Both the position numbers and the translations under genes were made by a program. A stretch of 64,000 bases of DNA from Eledone cirrhosa (Eukaryota), in contig OZ024759.1 in the NCBI GenBank assembly GCA_964016885.1, positions 4,092,001-4,156,000 of the forward strand. The letters run 5' to 3'. Below are positions 35,581-48,355 of this stretch, piece after piece (positions within the stretch are counted from its first letter, which is position 1; each line of letters begins with the position of its first letter). The notes beneath the pieces were generated by a model that saw only the letters and a program-made list of their open reading frames with translations, made no database searches and was not told where the DNA came from.

Positions 35581-38082
35581 AATTGTGTGAGGTCAGCTGT
35601 TATCACCTCATCCCAGGTCTTCCTACTTAATATCTTCCATCAATTGTGTGAGGTCAGCTTTTATCACCTCATCCCAGGTCTTCCTACTTCATAGCTTCCA
35701 TCAATTGTGTCAGCTCAGCTATTATCACCTCATCCCAGGTCTTCCTACTCCATAGCTTCCATCAATTGTGTCAGGTCAGCTGTTATCACCTCATCCCAGG
35801 TCTTCCTACTTCATAGCTTCCATCAATTGTGTGAGGTCAGCTATTATCACCTCATCCCAGGTCTTCCTACTCTATAGCTTCCATCAATTGTGTCAGGTCA
35901 GCTTTTATCACCTCATCCTAGGTCTTCCTACTTCATAGCTTCCATCAATTGTGTGAGGTCAGCTTTTATCACCTCATCCCAGGTCTTCCTACTTCATAGC
36001 TTCCATCAATTGTGTCAGGTCAGCTATTATCACCTCATCCCAGGTCTTCCTACTTCATAGCTTCCATCAATTGTGTTAGGTTAGCTTTTATCACCTCATC
36101 CCAAGTCTTCCTTCTCTATAGCTTCCATCAATTGTGTCAGGTCAGCTTTTATCACCTCATCCTAGGTCTTCCTACTTCATAGCTTCCATCAATTGTGTCA
36201 GGTCAGCTTTTATCACCTCATCCCAGGTCTTCCTACTTCATAGCTTCCATCAATTGTGTGAAGTCAGCTTTTATCACCTCAGACTAGGTATTTTTACTCC
36301 ATAGCTTCCATCAGTTGTGTGAGGTCAGCTTTTATCACCTCATCCCAGGTCTTCCTACTCCATAACTTCCATCAATTGTGTGAGGTCAGCTTTTATCACC
36401 TCAAACTAGGTCTTCCTACTTCATAGCTTCCATCAATTGTGTAAGGTCAGCTTTTATCACCTCATCCCAGGTCTTCCTACTCCATAGCTTCAATCAATTG
36501 TGTCAGGTCAGCTTTTATCACCTCATCCCAGGTCTTCCTACTTCATAGCTTCCATCAATTGTGTCAGGTCAGCTTTTATCACCTCATCCCAGGTCTTCCT
36601 ACTCTATAGCTTCCATCAATTGTGTAAAGTCAGCTTTTATCACCTCATCCCAGGTCTTCCTACTTCATAGCTTCCATCAATTGTGTGAAGTCAGCTTTTA
36701 TCACCTCAGACTAGGTCTTCGTACTCTATAGCTTCCATCAATTGTGTCAGGTCAGCTTTTATCACCTCAAACTAGGTCTTCCTACTCCATAGCTTCCATC
36801 AATTGTGTGAGGTCAGCTTTTATCACCTCAAACCAGGTCTTTTTACTCCATAGGTTCCATCAATTGTGTAAGGTCAGCTTTTATCACCTCATCCCAGGTC
36901 TTCCTACTTCATAGCTTCCATCAATTGTGTCAGGTCAGCTGTTATCAACCCATCCCAGGTCTTCCTTCTCTATAGCTTCCATCAATTGTGTCAGGTCAGC
37001 TTTTATCACCTCATCCCAGGTCTTCCTACTTCATAGCTTCCATCAATTGTGTTAGGTTAGCTTTTATCACCTCATCCCAAGTCTTCCTTCTCTATAGCTT
37101 CCATCAATTGTGTCAGGTCAGCTTTTATCACCTCATCCTAGGTCTTCCTACTTCATAGCTTCCATCAATTGTGTCAGGTCAGCTTTTATCACCTCATCCC
37201 AGGTCTTCCTACTTCATAGCTTCCATCAATTGTGTAAGGTCAGCTTTTATCACCTCCTCCCAGGTCTTCCTACTTCATAGCTTCCATCAATTGTGTGAAG
37301 TCAGCTTTTATCACCTCAGACTAGGTATTTTTACTCCATAGCTTCCATCAGTTGTGTGAGGTCAGCTTTTATCACCTCATCCCAGGTCTTCCTACTCCAT
37401 AACTTCCATCAATTGTGTGAGGTCAGCTTTTATCACCTCAAACTAGGTCTTCCTACTTCATAGCTTCCATCAATTGTGTAAGGTCAGCTTTTATCACCTC
37501 ATCCCAGGTCTTCCTACTCCATAGCTTCAATCAATTGTGTCAGGTCAGCTTTTATCACCTCATCCCAGGTCTTCCTACTTCATAGCTTCCATCAATTGTG
37601 TCAGGTCAGCTTTTATCACCTCATCCCAGGTCTTCCTACTCTATAGCTTCCATCAATTGTGTAAAGTCAGCTTTTATCACCTCATCCCAGGTCTTCCTAC
37701 TTCATAGCTTCCATCAATTGTGTGAAGTCAGCTTTTATCACCTCAGACTAGGTCTTCGTACTCTATAGCTTCCATCAATTGTGTCAGGTCAGCTTTTATC
37801 ACCTCAAACTAGGTCTTCCTACTCCATAGCTTCCATCAATTGTGTGAGGTCAGCTTTTATCACCTCAAACCAGGTCTTTTTACTCCATAGGTTCCATCAA
37901 TTGTGTAAGGTCAGCTTTTATCACCTCATCCCAAGTCTTCCTACTTCATTGCTTCCATCAATTGTGTCAGGTCAGCTTTTATCACCTCATCCCAGGTCTT
38001 CCTACTTCATAGCTTCCATCAATTGTGTCAGGTCAGCTATTATCACCTCATCCCAGGTCTTCCTACTTCATAGCTTCCATCA
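35581..38082. repeat. 61-bp satellite (~41 copies) derived from the 3' end of an RTE ORF
   Basis: Unit aattgtgtgaggtcagcttttatcacctcatcccaggtcttcctacttcatagcttccatc. Its reverse complement matches RTE 46254-46325, and the left flank 35505-35580 continues RTE sequence. Confidence 0.92.
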
Positions 38083-38186
38083 AATTTATAAAATGCTTGA
38101 AAACAACTTAGAAAAAATGTTACTCAAAATCAAAATTTAATCCCAAAGAGAGGAAATTGGAACATTATCCACTGAAAGTTGCTTAA

Positions 38187-38655
38187 CCCTTTAGTGTCCA
38201 AACCAGCCAAAACTGGCCAGAATTCTCTACCTCTTTCTGTTGAAACTGGCTGTAACTGGTCGCTCAGACTGATGTTAAGGTATTGTTCTCAAAATAAATA
38301 CTTTCAAAATCTGATAGATTCAATATTATGTGAGATAAAGCCTTTACCATGAAAATATAATAGTATATATAAAATAATGTGAATGCTAAAGGGTTAACCC
38401 TTTAACATTTAAACCGGCAATAACTGGCCAGAGTTCTGTCCTCTTTTTCTTTTTAAACCACTCGTAACTGGCCACTCATACTGATGTTAAAGTATTGTTC
38501 TCAATATAAATAATATCAGATTCGATATTATGTGAGGTAAAGACTTTGCCATGGAAATATAATAGTATATATAGAGTAATGTAAATGTTATGTGAGATAA
38601 AGACATTACCATGGAAATATAATAGTATATATAGAATAATGTAAATGTTAAAGGC
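38187..38655. mobile_element. Two TTAA MITEs in tandem sharing one TTAA (38187-38393 and 38398-38655)
   Basis: ttaa|cccttt...aaaggg|ttaa|cccttt...aaggc|ttaa. The second copy has two ~60-bp internal units. Confidence 0.85.
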
Positions 38656-39452
38656 TTAAACCCTGAAGAAAGGACTTTTAGGTCCCGAAATATTGGACAG
38701 ATAAAAGAACAACAACAAAAAAACAAAACAAAGATTACCAGGTAACTTTTACTTTTCCTTACCTCATCTTATTGTCCATTTTGCATTGTTTAGCCTTCTA
38801 TCTCTTTCAACGTTATATTTTATATAGAATGCTTCAAACAAACTACAACATTTAATTATATATCATCATCATCATCTTCAATTAACGTCCATCTTCCACA
38901 CTAGCATGTGTTAGACGGGTCCCATTTAGAGGCAAGTGTGGGCTGGATGCTTTTTTGCTGTCTTCTACACGTCCAGTGTGGGTGAGATATATATATATGT
39001 GTATGTATATATCATCACCATTTAGCGTCCATTTTTCCATTCTTGCATGGGTTAGACGGGTCATCCACGCCAGGAGGCAAGTCTGGCCAGGGTTGGCCAT
39101 GTGTCGCACCTTGCTCAGGTGAGGTCTGTAAATTTGGTGGGGTACTTTACAGCTGGATTCCCTTCCTAACATCAACCATGTTTACAGTGTGGAACTGGAT
39201 GGCTCTGTTATGAGGAGGGACAGGCCAGTTGGCTGCACTGAACTCGTCTCACAGTGGAACTATAATTTTGGGGGCCTGGTACTGGGTGGCACCACTGTGA
39301 GGAGGGGTAGCCAGTCAGCTGCTCCAAACTCATCTCACGAGGTTACCACAGTTTTGGGGCCCTGTACTAGATGATCCCGCTATAGTGATGGTGTAGCTAG
39401 TTTATATGAATAAGTAAATCTGACGCAGGTATATTTCTACAGTTTACCAATG

Positions 39453-39591
39453 TACCGTACTTACTGGCGCCAATGACGACCAATTTTTGAAAAAAAAATA
39501 ATAATCAACCTTCGGCCTCCAGGACATATGGTAGATATTTTGGACTTATATTAGGGAAAAAGTAATGTCTTTGATGCTAGGAAATATGGTG
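39453..39591. mobile_element. Tc1/pogo-like MITE (same family as 2030-2606)
   Basis: taccgtacttactggcgcc ... gatgctaggaaatatggt ends; shared internal ttcggcctccagga. Confidence 0.65.
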
Positions 39592-40255
39592 AAAATGTAA
39601 AATTTCCACTGTTAAATCTATCCCTGCATTTTAAGTATTCTCTATTATCTCATACTGTTACTTTCTTATAAGTCCTATAAGAATGCATTTTTTGCTAAAC
39701 TGCCATAGAGCAGACCTCTGAAATGATAGAAGGATATAATTTATAGAGCATGCTGGAATACCACTGCTTACATTGGAGAGAATTTCTCTGGACAGAATGT
39801 TGATATCTACAGTTTACCAATATAGAAATATAACATTTCCACTGTTAAATCTATCTCTGCTTCTAAAGTATTCTCTATTATCTCATACTGTTTCTTTCTT
39901 ATTTCAGAATATCAGATGACATTGGGATAAATTATTATTTTCAATCTTGGATACATCATCTCTATTTATCATCATTTGAAGACTAAAACCTTCTAAACAG
40001 AACTTATATAACACTGTTTATATAAATCTATAGTTCAATTACTGTGAAATATTTCCTCAAAACTGAGTTTATTTTCTTCACTATAAGATGGTTTTGTATT
40101 TTAACTAAACTTGGATGAAACAGAAGTTTGTATTATCTTCAGATATTAACTGAAATCACAGTTGAGGGAAATATAGAAGAATATTTTATAAGAAATATAA
40201 TATAAAAAATATTACAAGAAAAACATCTGTATATTCTGTTGAAGAAGAAATCATT

Positions 40256-40975
40256 ATGCCAAATAAATTGACAAAGAAGATTAAATGTGAAACACAATCT
40301 AAAGTGTTTAGTATTGCTGGTGAGATGACAAAGGTTAGAGAAGAGAAGCCATATCACTGTGATATCTGTGATAAATCATTCTCTCAAAGTGGTACCTTAA
40401 CTACTCACAAACGTATACATACAGGAGACAAGCCATATCACTGTGATATCTGTGGTATATCATTCTCTGGGAAAAGTAGCCTAACTACTCACAAATGTAT
40501 ATATGCAGAAGAGAAATCATAATGCATTGACATCAGTGATAAATCCTTCTCTCAAATTTGTGAATTAATGAGAATACAAATACATATCATTGTAACATCT
40601 TAGGGAAATCCTTCTCTTTGAATGTTACATTAACTACACACACACATATACATACAGCTGGGAAGCCATATCACTTTGATATATTTGGTACATCATTCTC
40701 TAAATGTTGTGGCTTCACTAGACACCAACATCTACAGGAGAGGAACCATATCACTGTGATGTCTGTGATAAATCCTTCTCTAAATGTTGTGGTTTCACTA
40801 GACACCAACATATACATACAGGAGAGGAACCATATCACTGTGATGTCTGTGATAAATCCTTCTCTAAATGTTGTGGTTTAATTAGACACTAACATATACA
40901 GGAGAGGAACTATATCACTGTGATGTCTGTGGTACATCTTTCTCTTATAAAGATTACTTAATGCAACACAATTAG
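40256..40975 (+). pseudogene. Decayed C2H2 zinc-finger gene
   Basis: Two recognisable fingers ([38 protein letters not shown]...) followed by stops and frameshifts in ~6 further fingers. Candidate acceptor ttatttcag at ~39907. Confidence 0.85.
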
Positions 40976-41059
40976 ATAAAAACCATGTCACTCACCTAAA
41001 ATAGTGCCATCAATGTTGTTAATATTTTGAATAAACCTGTTTTACTAAGAAATTCTCCT

Positions 41060-42700
41060 TTCATTTTATGTCTGTACAAACACAGTCTTCTCTCTTACAC
41101 ACCACTTCAGCTCACTCTTAAACCCAGCTTCTTCTTCAACTTGTCCAAGCTCTCCCTTTCTCTCACACTTACACAACATATCCTACAAAGCATGGTTGTT
41201 TCATATCTCTCCAGTCTACATAACCTCTGCAGTCACAGCCCTTATTTCGTTACCATGCATCATTGCATATCACCCACATGTGTCATACAGTTGTCCTTTT
41301 GTACAGAGAGAGAGAAACCTTTTGTGGTCAACTGTTGCAGTAGCTCTCTAAACTTTTTCCATCCTATCCTTATTCTAGCTATACATCTTTCAGAGCAGCC
41401 CCCTCCACTTCTAATTAACTCACCTAGATTGCAAAATATATTTGTCAGCATACTTTATGAAGGGTCTGTTTGGAAGTGCCTCGCCTAATAAACAATGGTG
41501 CCATAACTGGACTCAGAAACCAATGGTCACACATACATGGTAAGTTAGCTAAGAACGTAGGTTTTACATTGGTTCACTGCGCTGGAGAAGTAAGCAGCAA
41601 TCACGTTTAGGAGACAAGCTCTATCAAATATTTAAAGGGTTCCATAGAAGCAGTTGACAGTTTCTGTTACCTGGGGTATCAAATAAGCAGTGGAGGTAGG
41701 TGTTCTGAAAGTACAGTAACAAGAGTAAGAACAAGATGGCAGAGGTTTAGGGTGTTACTACTGCTGCTAGCTACAAAAGGTTGTTTCACCAAATTGATGT
41801 GTGCATATAAAGAGCAATGCTGCATTGCAGTGAGGACCCCAGAAGATTGGATAGAAATGAAGCTTGAATTCTCCGATGGATGTGTAATATTAATATACAT
41901 GAAGGGGAAAGTGTAAATAAACTGAGAGAGAACCTGGGCATGAGAGGGAAAAGATACAGTATGCAGGAGAGGAGATTGCTGTGGTATGGACATGTGATGT
42001 GTATGAAGGTAGAGATGCTGTATAAAAGGTTGACCACTTGAAATTGATGGAAGAGGAAGACCTAGGAATGCTTGGGATGTGGAGGTAAAAACTGACCTGA
42101 CACCATTGTACCTCTCAAAGGTGATGACACAGGATTGAAATCTCTGGCATTATACAGTACTGCAGGAGACCTGCATTCCCATGTGCACGGGTTGACACAA
42201 CATTTAGTGGTTTGAAGTATGCTCCAATTTTCCTCCCTTTCACATCTTAACACTCCACCCCCTTACCAGCTAAGTACACCACCCTGACCTACCTCTCCAA
42301 TCCCCACTCTACATACACACAACCCCACCCCCACTTTCACATCTGATACACCTCTCTTGACCAACCCATGTATACAAGTAAGGAAAGCTTAACATTATCT
42401 CCTCCAATGCTGCTGAAATGGCTAAAAGCCCTCAGGCAACCCTGTAAGGTGGTCATGCAGGTGTCATGACAAAAGAACACTGAGTCCTCTCTGTTAGGTA
42501 ACATGACAAAAGAACACCTAACCCTCCCTGCAAGGTAGTCATGCTGATGACATGACAAATAAGCACCCAGTCCACCCTGTGAGGTAGACATGACAGAAGG
42601 CCCCCTAGCCCACTCTGTAAAGTAGTCATGCTAGTGGCAAGACTGAAGGGACCCGAAGCACCCTTCAAAGTGATCAAATTGGTGACATGACTTGACACCA
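41060..42700. mobile_element. Old degenerate RTE fragments (minus 41060-41440; plus ~41530-42700 including modular 3' UTR repeats)
   Basis: FCNLG..SGGGCSE..GWKKFREL and FCYLG..SSGG remnants. Confidence 0.7.
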
Positions 42701-43728
42701 TTTTTTAGTTTACTTCTAAAATATCTCATTTTTATTTTACTTCTAAACTATCTCATATATTTAAAAATTACTTATTTTAAAAAATTATTATTTATTTCTT
42801 AAAAAAATTACTTTTTAAAGATTATTTAAAATTTTTTAATATTTTTAAATATTTTTTTAATATTTTAAAACATTTTAAGTATTTTATTTTGTTAAAAGGG
42901 TTTTTTGAGTATCTTCTGAGATTAAAAAAAAATTTTTTTTTTAATTTTTCCAGAAATTTTTTCCAGAACTTTTAATATTTTAATATTTTTAATATTTTTT
43001 AATTATTTAATATTAGAGTTATAACCAATAACTAATTCTGGCTATATATATCTTTCAACATTTATATCTTCGTCAAAATGGTCTCATACTAACTAATAAA
43101 TAAACAAAGCTGGGTTTTTCAGTATCTTCCTAATTTAAAACATTAAAAACATATAAATAATCTTATTAACTCAGTTAATTTAATTACTTACACTAAATAT
43201 AAACCAGTATCCCTCATAACTTATTAAAACAATTATCTATAACATGATATAGCCATTTATCCACTCATATATCTATTCTTCTATCTATTGATTCTCCTAT
43301 TTTCTACTTTATATCTATTTATTTTCAATTTATTATTCAATGTCTTTATATATATTTATTTTTTCTATATATCTATTTTTCTATATACTTATAATAGTAA
43401 ATATTATATTGTATTATATTAGAATTCTAACAATAATTAGTAAATATACGTAACATTAATATAAACGTAATACTTATTTACGTTACATGAGTTCATCCTC
43501 TATAAATGTCTTTCTTCTCTCTATCTCTCTATCTATCTCATAACAGTAATTTTTTTCTCTCTCTTTCTTCTCTTTCTTCCCTATCTTTCCCCAGCGTAAT
43601 TTAAATAAACGGTTGTTTTTTCAATTTTTCATACATTCATTTGCATATTCACACATAACTTTGAATTACCCCTAATAAGTTTCCCTTATCCAGCGAATTT
43701 CCGACCGTTATTTATAAAACAAATTTTG

Positions 43729-43793
43729 TATTTTATCTGATGAAAGAGCACCAAGATTGACTTGGTCGCCCTTGAAATATATATAATAAAATA
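43729..43793 (+). ncRNA. Type I hammerhead ribozyme motif
   Basis: tattttat CTGATGA aagagcaccaag attga cttggtcgccctt GAAA tatata TA ataaaata: 8-bp stem I, long stem II, palindromic stem III. Confidence 0.75.
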
Positions 43794-44160
43794 AATATGC
43801 AAAAGTTCTATTTAAATTGTTGGGATACAACAAGCAAATATGTTTATAACTGATATAAAGCACTCAACAAGTATTTGGAATAAACATACGATATTAACAA
43901 TCCTTTTGTATTTTATGTACTCAATTATATTATGTACTATATTGATTTATACTTCTCTCTATATGTGAGTATATATGTATATGTGTATATTGACATACAT
44001 GTACATGCGTTCTATGCATTTTTATGAATATATTGACATACATGTACATGCGTTCTATGCATTTTTATGAATATATGTCTGTCTGTATGTATGCATGCGT
44101 GACGCGAATCTACCAATTGGCCGAGGATGCACACACATGTATATATATGTATATGTAAGA

Positions 44161-46703
44161 TCTGGAAGCTGAAAGTCCCCTCAACCAGTAACAGATTTAA
44201 AGATATTTTACTCAACGCCTACGACAGTAAAGAAGAACAGATAGAGACATTTAACGTAGAAGAGAACTGGGAGTTCCTAAAAAATAACTTACTAGAGGCG
44301 ACGGATGAGGTTTGTGGCTGGAGTAAGACCTCAAGCAGGAGGAGAGTGACTTGGTGGTGGAACAATAAGGTAGATGAAGCAGTCAAGGCCAAGAGACAGG
44401 CATGGAAAGAATGGAAGAACGGGGGGAGCAGGGTACATTACATAGAGACCAAGAGGGAAGCTAGGCGACAAGTATACTTAGCTAGGAGGGAAGCAGAGGA
44501 TAGAAAATTCAAGCATGTTTTACAACGTGAGGACCAGAAACAGGAGGTATTCAAGATTGCGAGGCAGTGTGTCAGAGATAGTTGTGATGTCATTGGAGAG
44601 AAGTGTATCCGGAATGATAAAGGTGAGCTTGCCCTCACAAGTGCTGAGAAGAAAGATGCATGGAAGAGTCATTATGATAGATTACTAAATGAGGAGAATG
44701 CATGGGAAGAAGAGACCCTACCCCACGTAGACCCTATAGAGGGACCAGCAGTACAAGTCAGCGGCAGCGTAGTAAGTAAGGCAATCAGAGATATGAAGAT
44801 AGGGAAGGCAACCGGTCCATCGGGTATAGCTGCCGAGATGCTGAAGGCATCTGGGTCTGTAGGTCACACTATAACCACACGTATCATTAACCAGGTAATA
44901 CTAGAGGGGGCCATACCAAAAGATTGGTGCAGTAGCATCATTGTCAACTGCTACAAAGGTAAAGGCGATGCACTAGATAGAGGAAACTATAGAGGTATAA
45001 AGTTGATGGACCAGGTCATGAAAGTAACAGAAAGAGTTATAGCACAGCTGATTAGGGACCGGGTGAATATAGACGAGATGCAATTTGGGTTTGTACCAGG
45101 GAAAGGCACCACTGATGCGCTCTTCCTTGTGAGGCAATTACAGGAAAAGTACCTAGCTAAAAGTAAGCCACTCTACTTGGCATTTGTCGACCTTGAGAAA
45201 GCCTTTGACAGAGTTCCACGTGCAGTAATCTGGTGGGCTCTTAGAAAACTAGGAGTAGATGAATGGCTTGTGAAAGCGGTACAAGCCATGTATAGGGGAG
45301 CAGTCAGCAAAGTTAGGATTGGCAATGAGTATAGCGAGGAATTTAGCGTACAGGTTGGGGTCCACCAGGGCTCTTAGCCCTCTCCTGTTCATCATAGTCC
45401 TGCAGGCAATAACGGAGGAGTTTAAGACCGGATGCCCATGGGAACTCCTGTATGCTGATGACCTCGCACTCATAGCTGAATCTATGGTAGAACTAGAGAA
45501 TAAATTCCAAACCTGGAAGCAGGGACTAGAGAGAAAGGGCCTCAAAGTCAACATGACAAAGACTAAGGTCCTTATAAGTAGACGAGAAAACAGAACCCAG
45601 ATCCCCTCAGGGAAATGGCCTTGCTCAGTATGTAGGAAAGGTGTAGGTAGGAACTCCATTCTTTGCCCCAAATGCAAACAATGGGTACACAAGAGATGTA
45701 GCGGGATCTCAGGAAGCTTAATTAAGAATGTAGGATTCACATGCAGCAGCTGTGCTGAAACAGCAAGCAAACAGCCACAGGAAACAAGTACCACCAATCT
45801 CTGGGAGGGCCCTGTAGAAACAGTAGACAGCTTCTGCTACCTAGGTGACCGAATTAGCAACGGAGGTGGGTGCTCAGAAAGTACAATAACTAGGGTAAGA
45901 ACGGGATGGAAGAAGTTTAGGGAACTACTACCACTGCTAGCTGCAAAAGGCTTCTCCCTCAGAATGAAAGGCAGACTGTATGATGCGTGTATCCGAACAG
46001 CGATGTTGCATGGTAGTGAGACCTGGGCGCTGAAGGTGGAAGACTTACGTAGATTAGAGAGAAACGAAGCCTGCATGCTCCGATGGATGTGTAACAGTAA
46101 TATACGTGAACGACAAAGCATAAATGAATTGAGAGAGAGACTGAGCATAAGAGGAATCAAATGCTGCGTGCAGGAGAGGCGGTTACGCTGGTATGGACAT
46201 GTGATGCGTATGAAGGATGACAGCTGCATAAAAAGGTGCAGAGCACTAGAAGTTGATGGAAACCGCGGAGTGGGGAGACCCAAGATGACTTGGGATGAGG
46301 TGATAAAAGCCGACCTTACCCAACTACACCTCTCAAAGTCAATGACACACGACCGTGACTTCTGGCGTCACGCAGTAATACAGGGTACCCGACCTCCCAT
46401 GGGTACATGCTGAAGCATATAAACAATATGCCCCCCCCCCCCCACCGCAAGGTGGTCGTGGAGGTGCCACGGCAAAAAAGCACCCAGCCCACACTGTAAA
46501 GTGGACGTGTAGGCGCCACGAAAAAGCACCCAGCACTCACTGTAAATGAGGTTGGTGTTAGGAAGGGCATCCAGCTGTAGAAATCAAGCCAGATCAGTTC
46601 CTGTATGAGCAAGGCATGGTCAGCCGACCAGACACTGCCCACAACAGGACAACCCGTCTAACCCATGCTAGCGTGGAAGAACGGACGTAAAACGGTGATG
46701 ATG
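44161..46703 (+). mobile_element. 5'-truncated RTE LINE, relatively young (one frameshift at ~45370)
   Basis: ORFs 44127-45377 and 45319-46413 carry RT motifs; (GAT)n tail; TSD atgtaaga at 44153-44160 and 46704-46711. Confidence 0.95.
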
Positions 46704-47487
46704 ATGTAAGAATTGTGTGTGTACATGTACATGTATACCCATACAATTTGATTGCAGATAGACATTACTAACAGCCATAAATGCATACCAGCTAATCTTA
46801 TATATTTATATATATATATTAAAAACATTTTTTATAAAAAATATTTTATTTAATGACACAAAGGATGGATAACATTAAATTAAAAATTCATTTATGCTTT
46901 GTATGTATATATTATATACGTGGTTAGATATGGTGTGTATTTTGTGAGTGTGTGTGTATATATATATATTTATGTGTATTTTTGCGTGTGTGTACGTGTT
47001 ATATGATATGTAGTTCTCTAGCAATATATAGATTTCTTAATGTTTAGATTCCAAGTTTTAATATATTGATCTCAATTTTTAAACTAAATATCTAATCATA
47101 GTTAAACAATGATTAATTTCTCATATTATGTATGTATATTCCATTCATGATTATTAATATTTCTAATTTTATTTATTCATTTCATCTCAATTGTTAAGTT
47201 AACTTAATATGACATGACTTAATGTGTTCATTCTTTCCCCCTCTCTCTATCTCTATATTTTTGTCTCTGTCTGGTGTTTTGATATATCTCTCTCGTTTTT
47301 CTCTCGTTTTTCTTTCTTTCTTTCTCCCTTTTCTCTCTCTCCGTCCTTTTCCTTATCTGTAACACTACGACTTATTTTAAAAATACTAATATAAGTAAAC
47401 AACTCCACTATCCCTGAGTCTTCCAAAAGTAACGGTTGCATTTTGTAAGGGTATGTCAATATTTATTTATAAAACTGTTATATATTG

Positions 47488-47552
47488 TATTTTGTCTGAT
47501 GAAAGCATACCATAATTTAACATGGTATCCTCGAAATATGTATAATAAAATA
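47488..47552 (+). ncRNA. Type I hammerhead ribozyme motif
   Basis: tattttgt CTGATGA aagcataccat aatttaac atggtatcctc GAAA tatgta TA ataaaata. The first stem II pair is mismatched (A-C). Confidence 0.65.
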
Positions 47553-47620
47553 GATATGGTTTTATAAATATAGTTTCCATTTGTTAATATCGTATAATAA
47601 AATAAATATAGTTTTATAAA

Positions 47621-48000
47621 TCATCATCACCGTTTTACGTCCGTTCTTCCATGCTAGCATGGGTTAGACGGGTTGTCCTGTTGTGGGCAGTGTCTGGTCG
47701 GCTGACCATGCCTTGCTCATACAGAAACTGATTTTGGCTTTTCTACAGCCGGATGCCCTTCCTAACACCAACCTCATTTACAGTGAGTGTTGCGTGCTTT
47801 TTTCCGTGGCGCCCACACGTCCACTTTACAGTGTGGGCTGGGTGCTTTTTCTGTGTGGCACCTCCACGACCACTTTGCAGTGGGAGGGTGTGGGGGCATA
47901 TTGTCTATATGCTTCATCTTGAACCCATGGAAGGTCGGGTACTCTATATTACTGCGTGACGCCAGAGGTCACGGTCGTGTGTCATCGCCTTTGAGAGGTG
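47621..48000 (-). mobile_element. RTE LINE 3' end fragment
   Basis: Reverse complement of 46325-46703, with an (ATC)n tail. Confidence 0.9.
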
Positions 48001-48003
48001 TGT

Positions 48004-48040
<37 letters not shown>

Positions 48041-48280
48041 AATAAATTATCGAGAATCGGAATCTCGGCCCACGAAATAACGAAACACAATCTTCGAAAA
48101 GTGTAGCAAAGTGCTCAATAGTTTGAGCTATAACTAATATTTAAATACCAACACACTGAGATAATGCTTAAAATCATTCGCACAGCCGAAAAAACGACCA
48201 AGAAAATTCGGGTCAGACAAATAATAAATATATATATATATATTTTTTCTTTTAACATATATGTGTTTATAAAATATATA

Positions 48281-48355
48281 CAGGAACTCCCCAAAAATGT
48301 ATACACACTTCAACTACAGTCTATGTAAGTGTGTATATATTTTTGGGGGACACTG
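48281..48355. mobile_element. ~75-bp Tc1/mariner MITE (second copy at 49936-50011)
   Basis: ta|cagg..cccaaaaatgtatacacac ... gtgtgtata.attttgggg..ctg|ta. Confidence 0.7.

Noticed and set aside
42720-43020. Extremely AT-rich stretch as a mitochondrial insertion
   Set aside because: No mitochondrial gene or tRNA motif is recognisable; treated as low-complexity DNA.
10609-46703. Reverse transcriptases plus repeats as a retron, DGR or other prokaryotic RT system
   Set aside because: All RTs carry LINE (APE-RT) or Gypsy (RT-RNase H-integrase) architecture, and there is no template/variable repeat pair or msr-msd structure.
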